Source of the DNA: Cladosporium halotolerans
Taxonomy: Eukaryota
Reading direction: 5' to 3'
DNA: 64,000 bases
Assembly (NCBI RefSeq): GCF_011745625.1
Contig: NW_027191480.1
Span: forward strand, 124,001-188,000
Shown in pieces: positions 33,397 to 45,072 of the stretch. The notes under the pieces are model-generated. The model saw only the letters and a program-made list of their open reading frames with translations, was not told where the DNA came from and did no database searches. The translations under genes and the position numbers were made by a program. Position 1 is the first letter of the stretch. The number at the start of each line of letters is the position of its first letter.

Positions 33397-36255
33397 TCAC
33401 CCCACAAAAACCTCCACCGCAACCTCATTACTCCACCCCGCCCTCTCCCCCATCTCCCTCCAAGCCCCCTCAACATCCACCTCCAGCACCTTCTCGCTCT
33501 CCCCACTCTTCCTCACGCACCCGACCGGCACCGGCTTCCCAAAGATCATCACCATGAAATCCTCCTCCACGCTCCGCGCTTCGAGGTCCGAGACATACAC
33601 GCCCAGCACGCCGAGCGCTTTCAGCGAGACGCTCGCGCGGATCCGCCCGTTGGATTCGAGCGCGATGCTGCTGGAGGAGATGGCGGCGGCGCCGGTCATT
33701 TTGCCCAGGAGGCCGAGGAGGGAGATGGAGATGGGGCTCTTGGTGCGGGGGTGGGTGAAGGGGTGGAGGGGGTGGGCGGTGAGGATTTCGGCGGTGGCGG
33801 GGGGGAGGGAGAGGAAGGAGAGGTTTGTTGTTGTTGTTGTGGTGGTGGTGTTTTCTTGGCTCATGGGCTTGGAGATTTGGCCTGTGGAGAAGGCGGAGAT
33901 CACGTAGGAGCCGTGCTCGGTGCCGGGGAACGAGGAGAGCGGGACGAGCTCGGAGAGAGGGTGGGGCGAGACGTTGAAGGCGCCCAGGATCGCGGTGCCG
34001 GTGCGCGCGGCGCCGGTGTAGGTTGTGATTTTGAGGAGGGCGGCGGCGGAGTATTCGTTGTAAGGGTCTGTGGTCTTGCCGATGGTGGAGGGGCGCAGGA
34101 TGACGGTCTTTCCGCGCGGGGTAGGCGCCGTGAGCTGGTTGAGGAGCGTCAGGTCGTGTTTGCCCGGGGCGTCGGTGAAGTAGATGGGTCCGCCGGAGAC
34201 GGCACGGGCGGCGGCGTGGAACGCAGCCCAGGGGTGCGATGTCTGGAACATGTCCCAATCGGGCAGGACGTTGAGATGCTGGGTGAGGAGGCTGTTGTGG
34301 GCGTTGCAGAAAATGTGCCAGGCGTGGGAGGCCTCGATTTCGGGGAAGAAGTCGTCGCTATTGCGGACGAGGAGGCGGGGTTTGTTGTGTGGGAGCTGCG
34401 AGTGGAAGAGGAGCTCGGGCGATTGGGACATGCAGCTGATGGCGCGTGAGGAGAAGTGGCGGAGGTGCGCGATCGTCCAGGCGTCTTGGTATTGGGTGAT
34501 CATGTTGCGGCGGTCGGGAGCATGGAGGAGCATGCTCAGGAAGAATTGGGCGTCGGTTTTAGCGCTGTCGATTCCTACGCTGGAGAGGAAGGAGTAGAAA
34601 TCGTTGTACATGCGTTGGCAATCTTCTGGTGCTACGACGGTGAACTTTCCGCCGGCGACACCTGGCTCCTTCTCGACCTCGATTGTTTTGTAATTGTCTG
34701 CGATCCATCCTTGAGGGCTGACGCCGCCCCAATAGCCCAGAATAGCGTGCCACACAGCGATGTGGTTGACATTAGGATGACGCTTGCGAATGTTGGTCGT
34801 GAGGGTCTTAAGACCTTCTGGGAAGCCCTCTTTGTTGGCCTCGAAGTCAGTCCAAGCACGCTGAAACTGAGTTTCTCCTGGCGATAATGACTGCCAGTTG
34901 TCGTCGATGATGAGGTTGGTGATGTTGATGTTGTTCTTGGACAACTCATCAAGAGCCTCTGAGATCTTGTCTGACGTAAGGTTTTGGCCAAGACCGTTCC
35001 AGGTGCAGTATGCGAGGCCATCGTACCACTCCTCAAGCCATTCGGGACGGACCTTCTCATCCATGAGTGCGTCAACTTCCTTTTGCGCAACAGTAGAGCC
35101 ATTGTTTGCAATGACTTTGCGAGCGTGATACATGACAGCACAATTAGCGACCTCAAAGCTCTCAGCAGCGGCAACAAGGACCCTGCTAGTGCCCGTTTCG
35201 GTTCGATCATTGCGCCCTTTGATGATCAAGTTGCCTTCGTCGTCATTGAAGAACGTGGTCAAGACGTCTTCAACCCCGCTGATGGCCAAGCAGACAACGT
35301 GCACTCCATCTGTTCGCAGGAATGACACAAGCACGCCGTCTTTGTCAATGACAAACTCCGTCTTGCCCTGCCTAGGTGCTAGCCAAGGACTCCAAAGACG
35401 GACAAGACTGAACCAGCGGCTGAGCTGGTTAGCCTTACCAATTTGGTGGTGACTCCAGCCGGAGTCTTGGTCTTTGGCTGGTGCGACAGGGCATTCCAAA
35501 GAATATAAAAGGGTATTATCAGTTTCAGGCATAGCACTCTTGATCTGGATATCCGAGCTGATCCCGGAGAAGAAGTGCTTCAGGTCGTGAGGTTTGTCGT
35601 GTTGGAAATGCTGGCCTTGATAGTGAAGCTCTCCGTCCGCAATACCCGTACTTTCGCGTACCCATTGCCATCCATTTTCGGTGGCAATTTGAAATTTTAT
35701 CGTGAAGTTGATCGCACGAGCTTCCTTAGGTACACCCTTGAGTTCGCCTTCAAACCAGTTGCGGGAGACGCTGCGGTCCATAGGCTGACCGACCAGCATG
35801 ACATCGTCGAAGCTCCTCGTCGGCTTGAGTGTCAATTCAGACCAGTCGTAATGGCCATTGTGATTGTGCCAGAGGCATACTTGAGGCTCGTTCTCGCTGA
35901 CCAGACTGGGGCTTGTCGTCTCGAGTAGCACAGCGAACTTGACGCCGGTCTTCTCTTTGGCGACCTGGGTGGCTTGGGCCAGAGGCGGTATGCAAGTCAC
36001 ACGGACCTCAACACCATCTCCGCCACTACTAGTCGGATAGAAGGCTGGCTTTCTCTCCGGGGGTAGCTGGTCAGGAAGAAGGTCGGTCATCTCTGAGAGA
36101 GGCTTGGGCGGATAGACGCGTTGGCCAGTCTTGGTGTCGCAGTCTGGGTTTGGTTAGAAGGCAAGACGACACAAGTAAGCGATCACAAGTGATTGCATGT
36201 TGAAAGACGTACATCCGAACGAGATGCCTTTCTGCTTCGCTCGCTTGATGACCAT
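33397..36255 (-). CDS. GH36 raffinose synthase/Sip1-like alpha-galactosidase (about 929 aa with proposed first exon 36213-36255, intron 36144-36212)
   Basis: YCTWNGLG, LIIDDNWQ, AVWHAILGYWGG, KTDAQ, RNSDDFFP, PDWDMFQT, AVSGGPIYFTD. The upstream exon is less certain; the ATG at 36090 is the fallback start. Confidence 0.9.
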
Positions 36256-36614
36256 CGGGACGGAGTGGGAAAGCGGCGAGAACAATTGGAATACGTGCAA
36301 GGTAGTACCTACCTGATCAGAAGAACAACTTTCGAGCTCAAGTTATGAACAACGATCTACAGATGAACGTGTCCAGTATTGTTGAGACGACATCTATCCC
36401 CCGATGGATGCAGTACACGCATGCTCGCATCACATCACCGAGCGGCGACCCGCCAATCGTCGAGCGGACGTCACTTTGCAGGGAGCTCCGAAAGAGGAAG
36501 TTCCGAGGTCAGCTCGCAGCAAGCTCGAACAAATTCCTCCGCCAAGTCCGCCTTTTCCATCGCCGACGCCTTTGCGCATCGCTGTGTTGCGCCTTGCAAT
36601 CAGTTGCACCAGCA

Positions 36615-37907
36615 ATGTTCGAATCAATCTGTTCCCTCCCGCTCTCTGGGGAATTATTCACCCAGGTGGTTCATCCTTCTGAGCCATTGATCGCTGTGGG
36701 TCTCAGCAGCGGGCATGTCTCGACCTTGAAGCTGCCGCCGGTGGACGACGAAGAAACACAGGAAGGCTCCAGAGGAAGGAGAGGCAGCAATGGTACCGAT
36801 GTCGTTGACACCGCCTGGCGCACAAGGAGACATCAGGGCAGCTGCCGCACCCTCGCCTACAGCGTCGACGGCCGACAGCTCTACTCCGCCGGCACCGACG
36901 GTATCGTCAAAGCCGCAGACAGCGAAACCGGCCGAGTGACCGGCAAGCTCGCCATTCCCATCCCTCAGTCCTCGACCGAAGACGTCGACGCGCCGACCGT
37001 GATCCACGCCCTCAACCCGCAAACCCTCCTGCTGGCAACCGACTCCGGCGCCTTGCACCTCTACGACCTCCGCGACCCGGCGCCGACGCTCCCGATTGTC
37101 GATAACAAGACGGCGTTCACGACCGGCAAGCCAGCTTCCACCCACTACCCGCACAACGACTACATCTCCTCGCTCTCCCCGCTGCCCGCGTCCGAGACCT
37201 CGACTTCCGGCTTCAGCAAACAATGGATCTCCACGGGCGGCACCACGCTCGCGCTGACCGATGTGCGTCGCGGCGTGCTAGTCAAGAGCGAGGACCAGGA
37301 AGAAATCCTGCTTTCGTCGGTGTACATGAGCAATCTGCCTGCGCGTAAGAGCCGCGGATCAACACATGAGAAGGCCTTGGTGGGCGGCGGCGACGGCGTG
37401 ATCACGCTATGGGAGAAGGGCCAGTGGGACGACCAAGACGAGCGTATCATTGTCAGCAGGGAGAAAGAGACATTGGATTGCTTGAGAGAGATTCCAGCTG
37501 GTATTGGTGGGTTCGGCAAGAAGGTTGCTGTTGGGCTGGGAGACGGTAAGATCAGGTTCGTCACGCTTGGGCAGAAGAAGGTCATTGGTGAGGTACAGCA
37601 CGATGAGATTGAGGGTGTCGTTGGATTAGATTTTGATGTGGGTGGACGGATGATCAGTGGTGGTGGGTCGATCGTCAAGGTCTGGCAGGAGCCGATGGGC
37701 ACGGTTGGCGAAGATGAAGAGGAGGAAGACAGTGACGTCGAGGTTGGAGAGAAAAGGCCTGCTGCTGGCTCTGACGACGACAGCGACGCTGGCGAGGAGG
37801 CGTACGACAGCAGCGACGACGAGGACAAGTCATCGAAGAGGAAGAAGAGAAAGAGGGGCAAGGGCCCCGCGAAGGGAAACAGCTTCTCCTTCTCGGGTCT
37901 GGATTGA
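36615..37907 (+). CDS. JIP5: WD40 protein Jip5/WDR55 (ribosome biogenesis)
   Basis: [36 protein letters not shown], acidic and basic tail ending FSGLD. Confidence 0.87.
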   Translation: MFESICSLPLSGELFTQVVHPSEPLIAVGLSSGHVSTLKLPPVDDEETQEGSRGRRGSNGTDVVDTAWRTRRHQGSCRTLAYSVDGRQLYSAGTDGIVKAADSETGRVTGKLAIPIPQSSTEDVDAPTVIHALNPQTLLLATDSGALHLYDLRDPAPTLPIVDNKTAFTTGKPASTHYPHNDYISSLSPLPASETSTSGFSKQWISTGGTTLALTDVRRGVLVKSEDQEEILLSSVYMSNLPARKSRGSTHEKALVGGGDGVITLWEKGQWDDQDERIIVSREKETLDCLREIPAGIGGFGKKVAVGLGDGKIRFVTLGQKKVIGEVQHDEIEGVVGLDFDVGGRMISGGGSIVKVWQEPMGTVGEDEEEEDSDVEVGEKRPAAGSDDDSDAGEEAYDSSDDEDKSSKRKKRKRGKGPAKGNSFSFSGLD

Positions 37908-38117
37908 AAAGATTTTGCTTGTAATGATTGCGATGATACCCATGGAGTGGCTGGTATGTACAGTGTTCATTTGAATGTTACATTATCATCCATTCACAGC
38001 AAGACCGCTTGATTCAATGAGATGCGATACACTTAAACGGCGCTGATATCAAAACGCAAAGCCTGCCAATCTGGGATATCATCGTCCGACCAACAATTGA
38101 TCATGGCAGCCAAAACT

Positions 38118-39552
38118 CTAAGCGGCTAGCGACGCATACACAGCTCCCTCGCAGGCGAACCACTGTCCCATGACATGCGGGTCACCGAAGGGCATGACTT
38201 GGCTGGCAATCATGCCAGCAACACCCTTTTCCCTGTCACACCACCAGAACAGGTTCGCAATGCCGGCCCACCAGCCAGTGTTCGCACCGCGACCAGTGAC
38301 ACCTACGATCGAATTAGCATCAGAATTGGTACAACTCGTTGTCCGAAATCTTTTGGACTCACCTGGCTCGTGTGTGATGAACATGCTGAGACCCCAGCCT
38401 TGAGGCGGGTTACCTAATAGAAAGACGAAGTCAGCGTGCTTGTTTTGCTTTCTACGGTCACCGCAATATCATCTCACCTTCCTGCGGGTACAGCTCGGGC
38501 GCCGAGTTGGAATGCTCCGTCTTCGCGGAGCTCAAGCCCTCCCTCGCAAAGTTAGGGTGCTGCGGAATCTGGTTCTCCCACATCATGTTTACAGTCTCCG
38601 GCTTGAGGATCTGTGCGCCAGTCTTGGGGCTCTTGCCATCATTCAGCATCGCCGCGAGCACCTGCACATACTGCGTCGGCTGCGCGAAAGCGCCTGCGCC
38701 ACCGCTGTTGAACAGCGCAGCCTTGTGCGCGTCCGTTTCGGCGACTAGCGGTTCGCGGTAGACGTGGTCGCGCGCCTCGCTGGCACCGCTGCCGCCGGGC
38801 CAGCGCTGGTGCATCGTCGCGAGGTTCTTCTTCATCTCCGACGACGGGAACATGGTCACGTTCTTGAGGCCGAGGGGCTCGATGATGCCCTTCTGGATCA
38901 GGTCGTTGAGCTTGGAGCCTGTCGCGCGCTCGAGGACGATGCCGGCCCAGTCGATGTTGATGCCGTATTCCCACTTCTCACCGGGCTGGTTGACGAGCGG
39001 CATGCGGAGGATGTCGCGCTCGTCGGCGTGGAAGACGTCGAAGCCGACGGGGCGGCCGTAATCCCTCAGCTTGGAGCTGAAGCTGGTATCCGGAAAGTCA
39101 GTCAGGTTCAATCTGGGGAAGGAAAGATCTGAAAGGACTCGTGCTTACAATTCATATCCGAAGCCGGCTGTGTGCGAGAGCAGCATCCTAAGCGTGATGT
39201 CCTTTTTCTTGTCGACCAGAGATCCATCCTCCTGCAGCACTTGCACCTTCTCCAGTTCCGGACATAGTTTGTAGACCTGCTTGTGGTCATCCAGGTTCAG
39301 CTTGCCCTGCTCGACAGCCTGCAAGCAAGCAATGGCGGCAAGGAACTTTGTACACGAAGCGATCCAGAAGACGGTGTTGAGGTCCATGTCTTCCTTGGAC
39401 TCCAAACCTCGCTTGCCGGACGCGCTGGCGACGATTTCATCGCCGTTTTTGTCGACGGCGACGAAGACCAGACCCGCCACGCCGGTGGACTTGTCGCCCG
39501 TAACGCTGTCCAGCGACTTTTGTACGGTTTCTTGGACTTTGGCGTTGACCAT
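38118..39552 (-). CDS. Beta-lactamase-fold serine hydrolase/transesterase (LovD-like), 434 aa; introns 39083-39148, 38414-38477
   Basis: FWIASCTK (SxxK), LLSHTAGFGY, PLVNQPGEKWEYG, WAGIANLFWWCD. Confidence 0.9.
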
Positions 39553-39683
39553 GTTGGCTTCGATTGATGGAGGTATGCTTTATGTGTTTGATTTATCGAA
39601 CAAAGTCTGTTTTCTAGATGTACTTCCACGACCTAATCAGAAAGCTCCCGTTGCTACGTGGTGTTTGACTGTTGACGCCCCAA

Positions 39684-39691
39684 TTTATATA
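39684..39691 (-). promoter_or_regulatory. TATA box of the beta-lactamase-fold gene
   Basis: TATATAAA on the minus strand about 130 nt upstream of the ATG at 39552. Confidence 0.6.
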
Positions 39692-40736
39692 TCCACAGAT
39701 CTCCACTGTGCACAAAAGTCGGCCCCCACCTCTCGGTTCACGCGGAGACCCCGCACCTTGATCCTCCTCTTGAGCTCCTTGAAGTCTATTCGCTAGGGCC
39801 AGCCTTCTGGACTTCCACTATTCCGGAGGCGCGCGAGCTGAATAGTCCATGGAGCCATCTAATCTCCGTTAGAGTCAGCTGAGGCTGGCCAGCTGGACGC
39901 CTCGGCAGTACATTCTGTTGAAACCAAGATCCAATCCCACGTCAGCACGTCCGATTCGATGGGCTGACCATCACCAGACTTCGGCAAGTAGTGTCGAAGG
40001 AGGAACTTCGACTTTAAGGGTGTATGTTATAGTGGAAAGCATGCAGTCATTCTACTAGTGTTTGGGGCGGGCTTCGAAGATCTAGGCCGTAACGGCTTCG
40101 AGCGTCTGTGTTCCATGAGTGGTGAAGGTCATCAGTCGCATATCGATTTTCGAACCTACAAGAGCCCTGAGATCTTTATTATGAAGATCAAAGCTATCAT
40201 TGCAGCTGGCTCAGACGTGTAAAGTCCCTTTGCGTGATAATGCAATCTCAAAAGCTGTAAGCATTTGATGTGCAATGTTCACCTTTGAGCCCAAAAGCCG
40301 TCAGCCGTTTTCAGCTCTTGTAGCGGTCAGTTTATCTTCCGATGGCAGCGCTGCAACGCGAACAGAGCTTGTTGGGGGGCTTTGACGACCTGGGTAGATG
40401 GCCGATCAGTGAGGCTACACGTCTACCGGCGAATAGGGCGCGATCAGAAGCTATCGCAGCTGATGTATCGAGCTTTGAGGATTTCTCGCAGGTTCTGAGG
40501 GCCCCTAACTGCCATCTGCTGGTTGCAATAGAAGGGGTTTTCGCCCTCCAGATCGGCGCATGAAGTCTCGCTTGCAGAGTAAGCACAAGCGTACTAGATT
40601 ACGCTCCCAAGGATGGAGGATGGAGCCTGAGTACTTCGCAAAATGATAAGAGGCAATATCTGCAGCGGTCTCTTCTCGAGTTTAGGATGAGTTCGAGGCC
40701 TGCCTCGAGAGCATAGATCCACCCTCGATTGTAGCC

Positions 40737-42231
40737 TCAATTGTTTTGCCTCGACAGCACTGAAGATGACTGCTGTCCTCTCATCGCCCCAAGGACGAAG
40801 CTTTCAACACTTTTGTGGCCCTTATCCCGAGCCAGGTCGCAGGCAAGCCAGCCATGGGCATCCCTTACAGACGCTTTGCTGCGTTTGTTGATAAGCAGTG
40901 CCGCCATTTCGAGATCACCAGTCATAGCAGCTGTATGCAGCGCAGTTCTTCCATTCTCTATATCAGGAGACTGTATCGTGATATCGACGGGGCTTCCGGC
41001 TTCAATCAGTCGTTTAGCAACAATCACATTTTTCCATGCCGCAGCGACGTGGAGGGCACATCTGCCCTTCCTGTCCCGTTGTTGCATGGTCCATGGTGTA
41101 GCTAAGAATCCGACTAGATTCAACATGGCACACTTCCTGTCTCCGCAGGTCATTTTGGCGACGTGATGAAGCGCGTTCTCTCCCTGATCATTGCAAGCTT
41201 CGATATCCGCGCCAGCTTCTATGAGTGTTTCAGCGGCTGTTGCTCGGCAGTATACGCTGGCCCAGGATAGAAATGTGTCGCCAGTGGAGCGGAAGACGGT
41301 ATATGGCAAAGGTAAAATAGGTAGAGCCTGTTGGGGTGGCGTATCCCTCCACTCTTTCGTCCTCTCATCTTTGGAGATCCCAAGCTCGAGGCACCGTGCC
41401 AGACTGCTGGCATGGTCGCTCAGGACAGCGACTAAAACCGGGGAAGAAAAGGCAAACACATATGTTCTTTTGCGGTCTAGCACCGGCATCCGCTCCAGCA
41501 AAGTCCCATCGAGGTCACGCATGTTCGTCCAAATACGGACGCAACTGGTCCTTTGTGCAGTAAGAAGGCCACCGTGGGCAATGACTTGATCTATCACATC
41601 CACGCTGCCACTCAAGCAGGCACAGTGCATCACAGATCCCAGATACCCAGCAGCCCCGTGAATGGTAGCGCCAGAATCGAAGAGAGACCGCACAATGTCT
41701 GCGTAGCCCTTGGCTGCAGCGAGACACAGTGGCGTTCCGTACACGTAGTGCTGCGCGTTCGAGTTTGCGTGTGCCTCTATGAGAGCAACAACTGTACGCG
41801 CGTGGCCGTTATATGCAGCATGATGGAGGGGTGTGAGGTCCTGAGAATCTCGAGTATTACAGTCCGCGCCGCGATCCAGTAAAGACTGTATGCCTTCTCG
41901 ACTGTGGCCTTCTGCAGCAGCTCTCAAGAGCTTCTGGTGTATGGGGTCATCATCGGGTTTGATCTCCTGAGATCGGGACGACGAGTTTCGAGGAGTCAGC
42001 GAGGGCGGCTGAGGCGTGTTGCCTCTGCTGTACTCAGGTTGACTATTCCAGGGGCCAAGATAGTAATCTGGTGTAATGATCCAGTCAACAAATGATAGCT
42101 TCAAGCCAGAAACTCGGGTGCGTACTGTTCGTGGTACCGTTGCTCGTATTGAAACTGTTGCCGTTATGCTGTTGCGAGTTACCTGACGCAGCTTGTCCCG
42201 AGAACACGCCTCTAGTTTCGTTACTTGACAT
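40737..42231 (-). CDS. Ankyrin-repeat protein (about 478 aa) with N/G/S/Q-rich N-terminal motif; exons 42126-42231 and 40737-42067
   Basis: Repeats TPLHHAAYNGH, TPLCLAAAKGY, NALHHVA, CALHVAA, TALHTAAMTG. AAAATG start plus GTACGC...TTGAC...CAG 58-nt phase-1 intron joins ORF 42085..42324 to the ankyrin ORF. Confidence 0.82.
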
Positions 42232-42918
42232 TTTGAGGGTACCGTCGACTTTGAAGTCTTCTGCAGGGCAGCCCTCTGACATGTGGGTCCGTCCACCAAG
42301 CTTGCCAGGTTGAATTGTTCGCAAAGATGATGGAGGAAGTGGTTGTGTCTAATCTGGAGGGCGCGGAAGGACAAGTCACGCACGTCGGCCGCGTAGCAGC
42401 AGGTAGGTGGAGTCGAGAAAAGTAAGCGATTGGTAGACAGTTTCCGTGGCGTCTGCAGCTGCAAGGCTGGGCCTTGGTGTTGAAGCAGGCAGATCATAAT
42501 AAGGTCACCGTTGCACACATCCGGGGGACAACAACTTTTTCCGGTCAAATTGTTTCGAAAAGTGCGAGCATATTTGCGTTGTCAGAAAAAGACGGCCTCT
42601 TTACGGTACGCTATATGAATCCTAAGTTGACATTACCTTGGCTTTCCTCTCAATTTGTGCGCGACCCTGTGAGTGTATGTAAGCCTTGCTCCGTCGTTAA
42701 GAGGCACCTGACTGACAATTGGGAGGCTCAGACGGAGATCGTCGTCCACGAGAAATTGGATATGCTTCGCTCGGATCGCGTGGCAGCAATAAGCCCTGCA
42801 CTTGTCAAAAGTAGGAGTTTGAGGGAGCTGCATTCAACAGATGAAATTCGCATTCTATCTTGTCGGGTTTCGAGGGCCAACTTTGCTAGCCAACTAAGCT
42901 GCGGATGAAACCATGATA

Positions 42919-44586
42919 TCAAAGAAAACATCTATCCCACAACCCTCCAGAGCGCGCGAACCCAAGGCTGTCAACCCAAGCGCTCAGCTTGCAGCGACCC
43001 AGCCTGTCGCCGCCACACTGCTCGAGCGGCTGCACGCGGTCGTTGACGATGACGCGGACGAGCTCCTCTTTCTCGCCGCGACACTGCAGTTTCTCGAAAT
43101 AGGCCCTGGAAGCAAATGACGCGGTCCAAGCGGCGCTGTAGCCACCTGCATCCTCTGCCTCGACGATAGTGTTGTTGGGCAGCAGGCCGGTGCCGTTGTA
43201 GAGGCCGAGGGCGGCAAAGATTGCGGTCATGTCGTTGTCGTGGCTGAAGTCCGCGTACAGTTTGCGGCCGAGAGGGAATGTGGTTTCGCTGCCGTCGAGG
43301 GTGCTGTTGGTGGTGGTGTGATCGTTGACTGGCTTGTTCGTCATGCGAGCGATGAGCTCGTTAGCGAAACCGACGCCCTGGGTGGGTCCGAGAGGGTTGC
43401 CGTGCGAGTAGCCGTAGAATTTGTTTAGCGTCATGTAATAGTTGTATTGGTGCCATTCCTCCTCGCTAAACAACGCACAGAAATCACTGATGGCTCCGAT
43501 GTCCGAGGCGACGGTATTGAATGGACAAAGATCCATCATGTAGACAGTCTGGATGGTCGACAGGTTGGCACCCGGCATGTCCTCGTTCAAGCGGTCGCGG
43601 ATCGGCGCTGCGAAGATCTCTGCCCATTCAGCCTGAGCTGCATCCGCGATACCGTCATACCAGCCATCCTCGAAATCAGTGCAGATCTCATGGTTCAGTG
43701 TGTTGTTCAGGCCGAGATCTTCTGGAATCTCTAGAATCTCATACGGGTATGCTGAATCTCCACGAGGCTTGGCACGCCTGTCAATGACCTTTGCCGCATG
43801 GAAGCCCTGGGTCCAGTTCTGTGCGGATTCCACCACACGTGACTGACCAGCAGACCGTAAGAAAGGAGTCACCTGTGATGCGAGGGCCTCGTATCTTTGG
43901 TAGAACTTGATGCCGGAGTTGACCATTTGTTGTTGACCGAAGAGAGTGAGCTCGTCGGCACCCAGCGTGTACTCGTAGTCGCCAATGAAAGCGTATTGGC
44001 CGTCGAACACCTCGACATTTGCGTGAAGCTGCTCGATCACAGCCTGGTACAGCTTGGTTTTGGATGCCTGCGAACCGATATCAGCAAGGGGCATCTTCAT
44101 AACATTTCGAGGTACGATCGTCTTACGGTCGGATCACGAGCTCCATGTCTGGAGAGCATCTGAGCAAAGGACACGCTACATCCTTTGGGAATATCCGCCG
44201 AGATGTCCGAAGGCACAGCGTAAAAAGGCGAGTACTGGCCGAAGTTGTGCGAGATTTCTGGCTGGCACTGGTATCCCTTGAGAACAGTGTCGCAAGACTT
44301 CGTGCCCTTAGGACCGTTCGGAGAGCTTCTCTCGTGGTTAGCACCTGTTCTCATCTATTCCATATGCTTGTTTCTCTCGTCCCCGAACTCACCCGATACC
44401 CAGCACGCCCAAAACCGCAGTCAGAGAAGCAACCATAATGAGCAACCCAATGTGTTTCTTCGTCCAAATATTCACGCTCCTTGACGTGCCAGAGGGAGTG
44501 AAGTCGTCCCCGGCATCTCGCTCCTGGCCGATCGGCGCATACTTATGCTCGCGCTGCCCTCGCAGGCGGCGGAAAAGCTCATTCAT
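42919..44586 (-). CDS. Histidine acid phosphatase / 3-phytase (PhyA-like) with internal N-terminal TM segment (about 513 aa); introns 44326-44392, 44068-44126
   Basis: SCDTVLKGYQC, GQYSPF, RHGARDPT active site, YADFSHDN, VRVIVNDRV. Confidence 0.9.
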
Positions 44587-45072
44587 CCCTAGCAGCAGCT
44601 CGCGGTCCGAAAGCCGGCGCAATCATCGTGCCTGCATCCTTGATCGCCTCTCACTGGCCACTTTCGTGCTCGTTGATATGGTGTTCGTTTAAGCGAGGGT
44701 CAAGAGCGGAAGTGTGAAGTTCCAGGCACAGGTGGGGCTGAAGTTGGGTGCCAACCAGGCTTGCACGTGGGGGTTCTTGGTCAATGTGGATATTGCAGGG
44801 GCCCAATATTCTCGAGTTTTTGAGTATAGACGGGTGAAGGCTTATTGCCACTAATTCGGCGAAGCAAAGGCTTAGTTGGCTAAGGCTAAGTCAAGACTAC
44901 CAGGAAGATTGAAGAAGCACAGGGCACGGCAGGTCCACATTGTTGAGTCGGGAGAGAAGTGACGATGATACGGTTATCCGAAAACATTGGAGCTACAACG
45001 CTTTGTACAAAAATGTGTGATTATTCAACGCTGCGCCAGAACGCTCAAAGTGACTATTCAAAACATTGCCAA

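Noticed and set aside
38118..39552. LovD-like gene as a marker of a secondary-metabolite cluster
   Set aside because: No PKS, NRPS, terpene synthase or tailoring genes nearby.
39800..40736. Possible decayed effector partner next to the ankyrin gene
   Set aside because: Only short ORFs (73-84 aa); no HeLo, NACHT or repeated amyloid motif recognisable.
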